This document shows, piece by piece, positions 12,617-24,293 of a stretch of 64,000 nucleotides of DNA; positions within the stretch are counted from its first letter, which is position 1, and each line of letters begins with the position of its first letter. A program made the translations under genes and the position numbers. Below the pieces are notes generated by a model, which worked only from the letters and a program-made list of their open reading frames with translations, did not search any database and had not been told where the DNA came from. The DNA lies in the NCBI GenBank assembly GCA_004022145.1, contig RCNU01000007.1. The stretch is one strand, 5' to 3'. Source of the DNA: Paecilomyces variotii. Its lineage: Eukaryota.

Positions 12617-13007
12617 GTTGGGCGAGAGATACTACCCAGGAGACAGAATCAAAGCGCCAAATATACGGAGTGGGATATATTCTCTTATATTTCTCGTCGG
12701 TATCTTACTGAGAAACCCCAGATCTGAAAGATAGTTCCGTCTCTTTAAAACCTTTCCATTGCGGCCATCCAAGCCAATATTTCCCCACTATGGACATCCC
12801 ACTGTGTTCTCGTCGCTTTTCCGCCCCGCCGTTGCCCGCGCCGCGACGTCACGTGCAAACGCGCCCAGCACGCGTCCACTGGACTCCTCTCGGTATTGTT
12901 ATGTATTATGATCGTCGAGAGAATCATCATCCAAGTCGACGAACAACAGACCCATGCCAACGGACAGAGAGGCGCAGAGCATGGGACTCAGGAAATGAAC
13001 CGTCTCT

Positions 13008-16000
13008 ATGACTAGGAACAATTTGAAGCAGCATTTGACCTGGTTGCTGCATCGCGGTCCGTCGCTATATCCTACCCTCCAGCTACCGAAACAGTCGGAG
13101 AATTGCTCAGCTGCTACGAGAACGGAACTGAAGCAATCACAGCCGGACTCTGAACTATTCGTCCCAGCGACAGTAGATCCACAAGTGGTACAGCTCGATA
13201 ACCCTACAGAGCTTGGGGTGGGGGACATTGACAACGATGGCGATCGATTGAGAACCGATACCGATATGGCAAGGCTTCAATTCGCCCCTCAATCAGCGAC
13301 GAAGCCTCGACTGCTATCGTCAAGCAGTCCAAGAACCCCGACTGTGAATGGTAATGGGCATTCTATGCATAGTGCGCTGCGCGTAGAGGATCGTTATTCT
13401 CTCAAAGGTTCGGACGTCCATAGATAAATGCATTTGGACAACTCTAATATGGACATTTATGTCAATAGATCATGCCGATAACTCTAAGCGATCATCCTCT
13501 CAAGCCAGTGTCAAGAAACAGCTCCCTCGCCGCTCACCGTTGCCTTACGTCAAATCGCCAATCGCCGATATCGATGAAATCGATCTGACCGGCGAATTCG
13601 ACGAAGATGCTTCTTCCAGCACAATCGAAGCGTTTGGTGAAGCACGTCGTATCTGGAGGGAGGACTTCGCATCCCGCGCGGAACCCACCGAAAAGCGAGG
13701 GAAAAAGAGAAAGAGCGATGAATATACATCCGACCTCTTATCGCCAAAGAAGACCAACCCTCGCATCCTTTCTCCGAAATCAGGTACTAAGAATGAGCTT
13801 CAAGACAACTTCGAGGACTTCCAGGCCCCGGCATCTCCTAGTCCACGAAAGCGGACATTGTCTAAGAAGGAAAGCCAGTCACCTGGGAAATTGGGCGTTA
13901 AGAGGAAAACGCCTGACCTCCCTCGCCGCGCTGGCTCGAAGCGAGTGATTGCAGACTCGGATGATGAGGAATGCGACGGAGTGGCTACTGACTCGGAGAT
14001 TGTGGAACTTCATTCAGACGATGGATTGCATCCAAGCTTTTCTCAACGCGCTTCGACCAGCAATAGCTCTTTAGGCAAGGCAGGACCTAGGCCCAAAAAG
14101 CAGAAGGATGAATCAGGCGTCACGGACAATAATTTATTAGCGGCTACGGTATCTCGGCACCAGTCCACCGCGAAGGCGCATGAAAGTGCAACAAAGATCA
14201 GCTATTTGCAGACCTTGCCTTCTCCAGTTACCCCAAGCACTCAAGAGAGTAGAGACGACGACGTGACAAAGTTCCTGGACATGTCTTCGCAGAAACTTGA
14301 CGGACTCATTAAGACGTTCGAGGCCAGTAAGGAAGCGAATGCCCAGATCATATACCACCGAGCTATGGTAGGCGACTCAGTCGACGACTTAATGGCCCAG
14401 AACAGGATGCTCATTGCCAAGGCCAATGCAGTCGAACAATTGCGGAATGAGAAAGCTGCACATGATAAGTTCGCCTCACAGAAGGATGAACTCAAAAAGG
14501 CGATGATAGAGATCATTAAACAAGGCGGCGACCTATCCGACCAGGCCGCAGAGCTTGCAAAGAGTCGATCAATTGCCCAAGAGCTGAATGCCATTGAAGA
14601 CAGGATATCGAGCTTGCTGCAAACTGTTGATGTTTTTGGCGCCCATGAGAGCGATTCCTTGCCGGCCAGAACGTCAGAGCAGGATGTCTTGGTGGAGGCT
14701 ACGCAGCCGTTTAGCAAACATACCCAACCTGACAAGGGACAAAGCAGTTTCACGGAGCGAAATCTTGAACCGAAAACGCGGTCACCAGTGTCGACTGCTC
14801 CCGCTCTTCAAGCGTCCAACTTTCAGAGCCGCTCCAAAGATGCAATTTGTTCCAGCACGGAAATGTCGTCTCACGCACGGTACACAGCCGGTTCCGCATT
14901 CGAAGACCGCGAGACTCAGTATGCCGATGACGATGATTTTATGATTGACGAGGAGATTTTCACGCGAAATATGGGAACCCCAGAACCTATAGGTCGGGGA
15001 ATGGATGAGTTCGATCTAGACGCAAATGATGAGGCTATGCTACAAGCTGCCGAGGATCTCGATACCGGATTCTCTTCAGACGACGATCTTCCAGTGCAGA
15101 ACCGCAAAGTCTTTGCAGAGACTTCGGGTAACGCCACTAAATTGTCATCAGCAAAGAAGCCAAGTGCCGATCCTGCTTTAATGATGTCTCATCCGTGGTC
15201 GAAGGATGTGAAGGCGGTTATGAGGGACCGTTTCCACCTGCGCGGCTTCCGTCCAAATCAACTCGAAGCCATCAACGCGACTCTCGGCGGCAAAGATACA
15301 TTTGTCCTCATGCCTACTGGAGGGGGTAAATCTCTATGTTATCAACTGCCCTCCGTTATCAATAGTGGTCGCACCAAGGGTGTCACTATCGTGATATCAC
15401 CCCTTCTCAGCTTGATGGAAGATCAGGTCTCTCATCTGAAACGGCTGGATATCAAGGCCTTCTTTATCAACGGGGAGGTAGAGGCAGATCATCGGAACTG
15501 GCTAATGCAGACTCTAGCTAGCTCTAGCGCGGAGAAGCTTATCCAGCTACTCTACATTACTCCCGAGATGATCAACAAGAACAAACGACTCGTCGATTGC
15601 TTGTTGACGCTTCATCGGAGACAGAAGCTTGCACGGATCGTGATCGATGAAGCACACTGCGTAAGTCAATGGGGCCATGATTTTCGGCCAGACTACAAGG
15701 AACTGGGTGAAGTCAGATCTCAGTTTCCCGGAGTGCCAGTAATGGCTCTTACAGCGACAGCCACTGAAAACGTGAAGGTCGATGTCATGCATAATCTCGG
15801 CATGAGAGGCTGTGAAATCTTTCTGCAAAGCTTCAATCGGCCGAATCTGACGTACGAAGTGCGGAAAAAGGCAGGTGCCAAAGACGTTCTCGCCAGCATA
15901 GCAGAGACCATCACGACTTACTACAAAGGCCAATCGGGCATAATTTATTGTCTCTCTAGAAATGATTGCCAGAAAGTTGCCGAACAACTCAAGAAAGAAT

Positions 16001-17925
16001 ATCGCATCAAGGCTGAGTTCTATCATGCTGGCATGGACTCGTCAGCCAGGGCCAACGTGCAAAGACTTTGGCAGTCCGGAAAATGCCGTGTGATGGTCGC
16101 GACGATTGCTTTCGGTATGGGAATCGACAAACCAGATGTTCGCTTTGTCATTCATCATTCCATGCCCAAGAGTCTTGAGGGATACTATCAAGAGACCGGT
16201 CGCGCTGGAAGAGATGGCAAGCGCTCTGGCTGTTACCTTTATTATGGTTACCGCGATGTAAGTACGTTGAGGCACATGATAGACAAAGGAGACGGGAGCT
16301 GGGAACAGAAGGACCGCCAGCATCAGATGTTGCGCAACGTCGTCCAGTTTTGCGAAAACCGAAGCGACTGCAGGCGCGTACAGGTTCTTGCATACTTCAA
16401 CGAGCCATTCCGAAAGGAAGATTGCAACTCCTCTTGTGACAATTGCAAATCAGACGCCGTTTTCGAGACACATGACTTTAGCGAGCACGCCGCGTTAGCC
16501 GTGAAGCTCGTTCGTCGCTTAAAGGACAACAAGGAGCGGGTAACCTTGCTTCAGTGTGTTGACATCTTCCGTGGCGTCAAGAATAAGAAGGTCAAGGATC
16601 AGCACAGAGACCTACCAGAATTTGGAGCAGGGTCTGATCTTGAGCTAGGAGAGGTCGAACGTCTTTTCTTCCGGTTATTGAGTGAGGAAGCATTCAAGGA
16701 ACATAATCACGCGGTCAGGAAAGGAATCACAATTCAATACATCGAGCCGGGCCGTAGAGCCAAAGACTTCGAGAGCGGACGGCAGCAACTGAAGCTGCAA
16801 GTGCGAGTTTCTCCTAACGGAAAAGCCAAACGAAAGAAACATGGTACCGGTGTGCGGGCTGCGACAGAAGATTACCCGCAGTCCACAAATGTATCGTCTC
16901 CTATATTGTCGGCATCTCGCCGCCGCGCTGCTCGAAAAGGCACAGATGCTATGCAGGGTCCTCAACTCTCCGAGGATGAAGACAGCGATGGCTTCGAGAG
17001 GATCCGTATCGCTGGAAAGCCAGAGAGACGGGAACGACATACTGTTGGGCCCCCTATCACCGGCGATGAGAAGATGAAAGAATTGGATAGTATACACCAT
17101 ATGGTCGTCGAAGACTTTGTGATACGTGCGAAGAAAGAGTGTCATGATGTGAGTTTCTTCTCTTACAAGAAGGTCTGCACGTGTCTAACATTTCCACTAG
17201 ATCATGATGAAGAAAGGCCTTCGGAGCCAGCCCTTCCCTGACAGCATCTTGCGCGACATGGCGATCCGCTTCCCTAAAAGTAAGAGCCAAATGTTCCACG
17301 TGCTTGGAAAATGCCGTTTCTAACTATTTCCACAGACGAAAGCGAACTTCTTGCGATAGGAGGCATTGACTCTGACAAGGTTGAACGGTATGGTTCTCAG
17401 TTCCTGCGGCTCATTCGTGGGGCACAGCAACATTACGAAGACCTCAAAGGCGAACATAATGGTGTGGTGCATGATCCAAATCACGATACTGTCATCCCCA
17501 TCAGCAGTGATGATGAATTCAGTGACGACGATCTTTTCGCAGACGGGGTTTCTAACCTCGATCTCGACAATACTATCACTAGTCAATATTTTGAAGGTGA
17601 GCTTAGCTATCGCCATTGGGGTTTGTATCCATTTCTTATATGCTTACTCTAATCAGTTCCTCAAGATCGACCCCCTACCAGTCGTTCGACCCGTCGGGTA
17701 ATGTCTCGAGGCAGCCCAGCACCATCCACGAAAGGTCGACAACGCGCGGCGACAAAAGGAACTACAAAGCGCACATGGCGGAAGAAGGGGGCTGATTCTG
17801 GTACCAAGAAGAGGGCTTCTGGCTCTCGGTCCAGTGCAGCGAAAGGAGGCAATAGCTCTGCATCGTTCGCGAAGAAAGGCAATTCCAAGAGCGCTGGACC
17901 GCGAATCGAGATGATGCCAGCCTAA
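13008..17925 (+). CDS. musN: RecQ DNA helicase (Sgs1/BLM orthologue MusN); introns about 13408-13468, 17149-17200, 17280-17335, 17598-17655
   Basis: N-terminal 'MTRNNLKQHLTWLL'. Motif 0 'FRPNQLEAI', Walker A 'MPTGGGKSLCYQLP', 'DEAHCVSQWGHDFRPDY', 'YYQETGRAGRDG', RQC Zn site 'CRR...CDNC', and an HRDC region after the introns. Confidence 0.95.
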
Positions 17926-18376
17926 TTATTATGTCTTTCATTTTTGTGATGTCTTCTCGGAAGATGCTGCACGTATGTGCTCGGGAAACCGGAAGTTCTT
18001 ATGACCATTACGATTACTGCGTCGCATTCGATGGCGTCTATGGGAGTTAGGTAGTATAAGCTATGGCTGGATATCAGTATAATTGTGTTATATTGGTGCA
18101 ATATACATGGGCTAGCGATAATATTCTTCCGCATATAGGTCTTGTACTTGAATATCAGTCAGTTAAATACAACAGTTAGCTAGTTAACTGTAGTTAATAT
18201 CGATATTGGGGTCATCATAGAGAGCGCATCTATTACTGGCGAACGCGCGGCCAATGAGAGGCCTCGGCCCCTGAGCCAGCGCGCTTCATCCCCGGACAGT
18301 CCAGAGTCGCTCCTCCGCAGATCACTCGACACAGATACGCCGCCGCGGGATTCGCATGCGCGATGCTGGAGATACG

Positions 18377-20455
18377 ATGAAATTCCTCTATTGGCTTCGG
18401 AGGCTCTACTCCCTCGATACTTTGGACACTCGCTTCACTGCGTCTGCAACCACATCGCTCAAAGCGGCTCCTGACACGCGAACCGCCGAAGCATCGACTG
18501 GGGACAAGAATAACAGAACCAGCTCACTTCCCAATGGCGCCTCCCCACCAAAATGGAAGACGCCAGAGTTCTTCGTCTATTACCTCTTCTTCATAACCTT
18601 GGTGCCGTTGATGTTCAAGACGGTCATTGATATTTCGCAAGGTTGGTAACAGCTGTGGGGAAAGAAGTCGAGGTAGTGGAAGAACATGCGCTGAACTGTT
18701 CATATAGAGAGTTATCCCACTTATTCAACATATTCTGACCTTCTCTCTCCGGGTTGGATACCCGGGCGTAAAGTCGTGAGTCTGTTCTTGTTCTGCTTGC
18801 GATGTGGCAAACCACTAACCACGTTTATTTCTGAAGGACAACTCGGATGCGCAGTACTCCAGTTTCCGCGATAATATCCCATATCTCCTCCTGCTGTTGA
18901 TCCTACATCCCCTCCTCCGTCGACTGTACAATTCACTATCCCCGGTTGACGCGCGATCTGTAACGCAAGGTGCGAAGCCCACAATTGCTGCTGCGGGGGA
19001 CGCTCGTCTAAAACAGCGGATCACATTCGACTACTACTTCGCCTTGATATTCATAACAGCTCTGCATGGAATCTCTGCGGCCAAAGTGCTCTTTATTCTG
19101 TACTTGAACTATAACATTGCCACGAAGCTTCCGCGGAAGTATATCCCGGCAGTCACATGGGTATTCAACGTTGGCACCCTGTTCGCAAATGAATTGTGTG
19201 GAGGATACCCTCTTGCCAATGTTGCAAAAGCTGTATCTGGAGACGAAACGGCTCTTGTGCGTTGGGCAGAATGGCTGGATGGTCTCGGGGGATTGATGCC
19301 GCGATGGGAGATCCTATTCAACATCACGGTCCTGCGACTCATCAGTTTCAATATGGACTACTACTGGAGCTTGGATTACCCCTCAAGCAGTCCGATCGAG
19401 GTATGTCCCCATCATTCTGTTATCTCGGTTCTATCTCTGACGCCCATAAGAAGAAGCAACTTGATCCCTCGGCCCTGTCTGAGCGTGACCGTGTCGCCAT
19501 CCCCGCTGAACCGGCAGCTTTTAGCCCCAGGAACTACATCGCCTATATTCTCTACTCCCCTCTTTATCTCACCGGGCCTATCCTCACATTCAACGACTAC
19601 ATTTCTCAGCAGAGATATTCCCCAGCCTCAGTCACGCGGACCCGGACTCTCCTCTACGGCATCCGTTTCTTCCTGACATTGCTTGCCATGGAGCTCATCC
19701 TGCATTATATCTACGTTGTGGCTATCTCGAAATCAAACCCGGATTGGTCCGTATACACACCCGGCCAGCTCAGCATGCTGGGCTACTTCAACCTACACAT
19801 CATCTGGCTGAAGCTTCTCATTCCATGGCGTTTCTTCCGTCTCTGGGCACTGGTCGACGGAATCGACCCTCCTGAAAACATGGTCCGGTGCATGTCCAAC
19901 AATTACTCCGCCCTCTCATTCTGGCGTGGGTGGCACCGTTCCTTCAACCGCTGGATCGTCCGCTATATCTACATCCCCCTAGGAGGCAGTGGAGGTCGCC
20001 GTGTCTCTACGGGTGAGAAACCCACATTGGCCACGATCTTACGCTCCAAAGCCCGCACGATCATCAATCTCCTCGCCGTCTTCACATTCGTTGCGCTCTG
20101 GCACGACATCAACCTCCGTCTCCTCATGTGGGGATGGCTAATCACACTTTTCGTCCTCCCCGAAGTCATCGCCGGTCTCCTCTTCCCTGCAAACCGATGG
20201 CAGTCACGACCCACCGCCTACAGAGTTCTATCCGGAATCGGCGCCGTCGGAAACGTTCTCATGATGATGATAGCCAACCTGGTCGGATTTGCTCTCGGCT
20301 TAGACGGACTAAAGGGTCTCTTAAGTGGCATTCTAGGCTCGTATTCCGGCATTGTTTACTTGATCTCTTCGTGTGTGGTACTCTTTGTGGGCGTACAAGT
20401 CATGTTTGAGGTTCGAGAAGAGGAGTTGAGAGCGGGTATTCGATTAAAGTGTTGA
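18377..20455 (+). CDS. GUP1: MBOAT family O-acyltransferase Gup1 (alternative upstream ATG at 18356); 3 introns
   Basis: 'YSLDTLDTRF', 'FNITVLRLISFNMDY', 'YSPLYLTGPILTFNDY', 'FWRGWHRSFNRWIVRYIYIPLGG' and catalytic His in 'FVALWHD'. Confidence 0.92.
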
Positions 20456-21252
20456 TGTTGATGCTCTATTGTTGCATATTGGGTCCTCTAGAGATGAAAG
20501 GGCTTACAGAGGAGTAACTAGTATTTGCTTTCTTTTCTGCTCTTGTCTCTTCTTTTTAGCTGAAGAAGCGAGAGAAGCTCTACTTTGGTTATTTATGTAT
20601 TATACAATGCTAATTGAAGCTTGAGAGATTCTTATTATGGTCATTATTATTATAGTGTTATTCATTATCGTACCATGTCTATCAGCTATCTTTAGTTGGG
20701 AGATGGTTGAGTATATATACGGCTGGTGGAGCCGCGGGTATCTATCGGAAGGCCTTATTGTTTGACCCCCTCCTCGATAGGAAAGGCATAGCTGCATTTG
20801 ATGGCGCTTTCTTTGCCTCCTGAGGTCGTTTTTTGATTATGGTCATTGCTCATGACTTGACCTGAACGGTGCAACTTGCGAGTGACTCGACCTTGACAGG
20901 TCCCTGTTTCTAAGAGGAACGAAGGACCTGCTAGTTTGCGTTGGCCAGGAACGCGAATTCCATGGAATGTCCCCTTCTGCAGCTAGATAGGTGGTCGGGA
21001 GCTTTTCCAGATCATAGTTCACTGATCGAGGAATTATAGCAGCCTGGTTCCCATATAGCAGGGTTGATTATTCCACATCTTTATATGGAGCACAGAGAAA
21101 CGCAACTCGTTTCTGCAGATATCTCCCTCTGCTGAGGAAGATATTGTCCTCGATGGGGAAGTTCGCTGGTGGAGTAGCATATAGGTGCATTCAGACATGA
21201 ACCACTACTGCCTCGGCCACATAATCGTGATATCCCATCCAGAACCTCGAAC

Positions 21253-22211
21253 TTAGAAGAACGCGCCACATCTCGATTCCTCATGTACCTTGTAGCAGTC
21301 CAGCCCGCAAGTCCTGACATGACAACTCCGGCACCTGATTTTGCCCCAGTATCCGCAAATAGCACAGAAGTGCCGTGGTGGCTTCTGGGATAGCGGAGGG
21401 CCCGCACGCGATGCGTTGTACATCAGCGGCGGTTCGGCCAGGAGCGCTTGCATGATCCTTTCCGAAGGCACGGAGGGGACATAAGATCGAAGTAGAGGGT
21501 CGTTATCATATTCGCTCTTGATCAACTGCGTCTTGGCGTCCTGTTTCTGGGATGCCGTAGCAGGGTCTGTCGATTCTGAGGGAGCTGGAGCTGGAGTCGT
21601 GGATGGGACTACGGAGGGTTGTTTCTGCTGGCGTCCTTTCTCTGGTTTAGATGCTGCTGCTGCTGCTGCTGCTGCAGGGGTGGCACTCCGTCGGGCAGCA
21701 GGTTTCGTAATCTTAGCTATAGAACCGCGGTGTCCTGCCGCAGTAGATTGATGCTGTGCTGCTTGCGCGAGCGCGGCTTCTTCATCGTCGAGATAATTCC
21801 TGAAAGTCTTCTGCGACTGCAAGATGCGACGGACGTTGGAGGTTGTCTTAGCTCTCGACGACCCTGGTAAGATGACAAAAAGCTCGTGTTAGCTAAAACC
21901 CCCTTCACAAGAAATTAAAAGGAAGTCTCAAAGGTGTAGCGCATACCTCTAGCAGGAGCATCTTTCGGCTGCCTCGTGGGGATAGGAATCTGTACGTCGC
22001 GATGATTCTCCCGATCCAGCTCCGCGAGATGTCTCACGATCGCGGTATTTTCTCTAGACGTCAAATCCGTTCTACCGCCATCGCGCACGGTTCTTTTGCG
22101 TCCTAAACCTGGCTTGATGGCCGCTTTGGACGGGTCGAATCCATTATCCGGCACGTAGGTCCAGCCGGGCTGGAGGGACGTCGAGGTCGTGAGGACTTCG
22201 ACGAGAGGCAT
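21253..22211 (-). CDS. VPS71: SWR1 complex subunit Vps71/Swc6 (HIT zinc finger); exons 22211-21947, 21863-21253
   Basis: 'RHLAELDRENH', 'TTSNVRRILQSQKTFRNYLDDE' and C-terminal zf-HIT 'FCAICGYWG..RC..C...TCGLDC..VHEESRC'. Confidence 0.88.
21652..21675. repeat. (TGC)8 coding microsatellite giving a poly-Ala8 tract in Vps71
   Basis: Directly visible tgctgc... run. Confidence 0.9.
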
Positions 22212-22966
22212 GGCCGGTAGTAAGTTAGTCGTGTCCAAGGCTCGCGTCAGTCCAGCAGAACAACAAAGAATACTATCTTGTTGCCATGTAAACGCGTCCT
22301 CTGTCAAGAGGCAAGACGGTGTTAAATAGCGTGTCGAGATTGGATGATCTGATGAGCTTCAAGTGAATCTTCGTTTCTCTTTGTCGCGCCTCAGATTCGC
22401 CTCGGGACTGTTTGCAGTGTTTGCACCAAGCTTGATCGGGGAAGTAATCACGCTTGTCGAGATACAGATGGATCATAATAATGTGATGTGAGGCTGTTCT
22501 CGTGAAGTATTCTCTTATTATTCTGGTTATGCTCTATCTTGGGCTGGATTACTCTTGAAGTGTCACTAGAAAGCGCTATTCGCATGGGGAACAAACTTCA
22601 CACGGCGTTGAGGTATTGAGTATGGAGATTTGCAGAACTATGAATATACCAACAGCACCTATCCTTGGGTCCCATTGTAGTATGTACATAAATCTTGTTA
22701 GATACTACATGGACAAAGCACAAGCTGAAACGCGACAGACTTGCAGTGGAAGAATGGAGTGGAAAACAGCTACACGCACCCCAGAAGAGATACATACTCC
22801 TTTTCGGGCTCCCAACCTAGCATGAAACCAGCGTGCTTCGCTAGAGTCCATAATCTCAGATAACTAGAGTGCGCGGCAAATACTCCGCAAAAAGACCTAA
22901 TGAGTTAACGAGAGAAAATAGAAGGGTATTCACTGTCCGAGTGCAACTGAATAACATACGAAGAGT

Positions 22967-23007
22967 AAAAAAAAAAAAAAAGAAAGAAAGAAAGAAAGAA
23001 AAGAAAA
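22967..23007. repeat. A15 plus (GAAA)n simple repeat
   Basis: Directly visible. Confidence 0.85.
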
Positions 23008-23168
23008 TGCCTTTTAAAAAAGTCTGATACACATGCAAGTCCGAGACTCATAACGCCTTATTGAAAGAACTCGAGAAGGGGGAAGAAAAGAGGAAAAGGT
23101 AAGAAGGAAATCGGATGAGCGATATTGGCTCCATCACACCATATAATACTTCGGTCATGTACTGTGTC

Positions 23169-23838
23169 TCATCTCGCCTTCTTCTGCAGCTCATCAACCT
23201 TGGTCTCCAACTCCGTGATATACCGGTTGAGCTTTTGCGTAGCGCCTTGCAGAGCCTAAATCATCGTAGGAGCCCCATCGGGGGGACCAAACGTCAGTCC
23301 CATGTGTTCTCTTCAGGAAGTGAAATATATTTTATTCAGATGTGTAAAGGACGGGGTGTTATTCGCGTTGGGTTGTCCATACGCGATACACCAGATAGGG
23401 GCGGCTATGACGTCGTGGATTTGGGTCCGCACATCTCCAAGGAAAGCAGCGAGCTCCCATTGGAATTGAACGCTATGAGGGGTGTGAAGGGGCGAACGTA
23501 CGAAGATATCTTCCGTCAGCATCTCGTTTGACATTCTGTATTCTCCGAGGACGTAGTAGTAGACCGAGGCACCTGCCAGGACAGAGCCGAAAAGGAAGCC
23601 AAACAGCCTGCAGCGCGAAGGATCGGCACGTCAGTTCACGGGCCATGTATACAGAGAGGAGACAGATGCAGGTATCTCACCCTCCTCGGAAAGCTCCAAC
23701 AGGCTTCCGCGGCGGCAATGGAGCGCTGCCAGAGTTGAAACGAGCGCTGGATGTTGAGAAGGCTCTAGGAGAGATGCGCGCGCAGACGGCCGGCGTGGCA
23801 GCGGAACGCAAGAGAGGAAGAGCCGCGCGAGTAGTCAT
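23169..23838 (-). CDS. Small (116 aa) conserved fungal mitochondrial membrane protein of unknown function; exons 23838-23681, 23607-23502, 23255-23169
   Basis: Spliced product MTTRAALPLLRSAATPAVCARISPRAFSTSSARFNSGSAPLPPRKPVGAFRGGLFGFLFGSVLAGASVYYYVLGEYRMSNEMLTEDIFALQGATQKLNRYITELETKVDELQKKAR. It has an Arg/Ser presequence (RAFS), one TM helix and a C-terminal coiled coil. Introns are canonical. Not in the ORF track as a whole. Confidence 0.8.
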
Positions 23839-24293
23839 CGTGAATGTGAATGGTTATAGCAGCTTCAGATAACAGTCGTCAAGACACGATTTCAGCTGTT
23901 CAGGAGTGATGAGAGATGGAAAGTCGGCGGCGGTTTCAGGACAGGAGTTGCAGTGTCATGGATAGCTGGAGCAGCAGTTAACTATGGCTTGGCGCGGGGA
24001 GTAATAAATGGGAAAAGGCCGAGGACAAGCTTGTCGGCAGCGATCCGTGTCTAAACCAGAGATCCCGCACAGGGAACTATTATTGATCTGCTCGCTATCC
24101 CGATGGAACTCCAATGCAGGAAGAAGAATGCCCTGATGCTTCGTAATGCCGAAATCATCTATTTTCTACCGAGTTCCAGTCTACCCCGGAAACGCCCCCG
24201 AAGCGAGTCATCCAATGATACTGTACGAGTTGCTAATATTGGTACATGTCCTCATAGTCCTATAACCTAATTATATCCCATTCCATCCGTCTC

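Noticed and set aside
23256..23501. Long intron as a possible snoRNA host or stwintron
   Set aside because: Some hairpins and CTGA motifs are present, but there is no properly placed C box or H box and no nested splice-site arrangement. An Infernal/Rfam scan would be needed.
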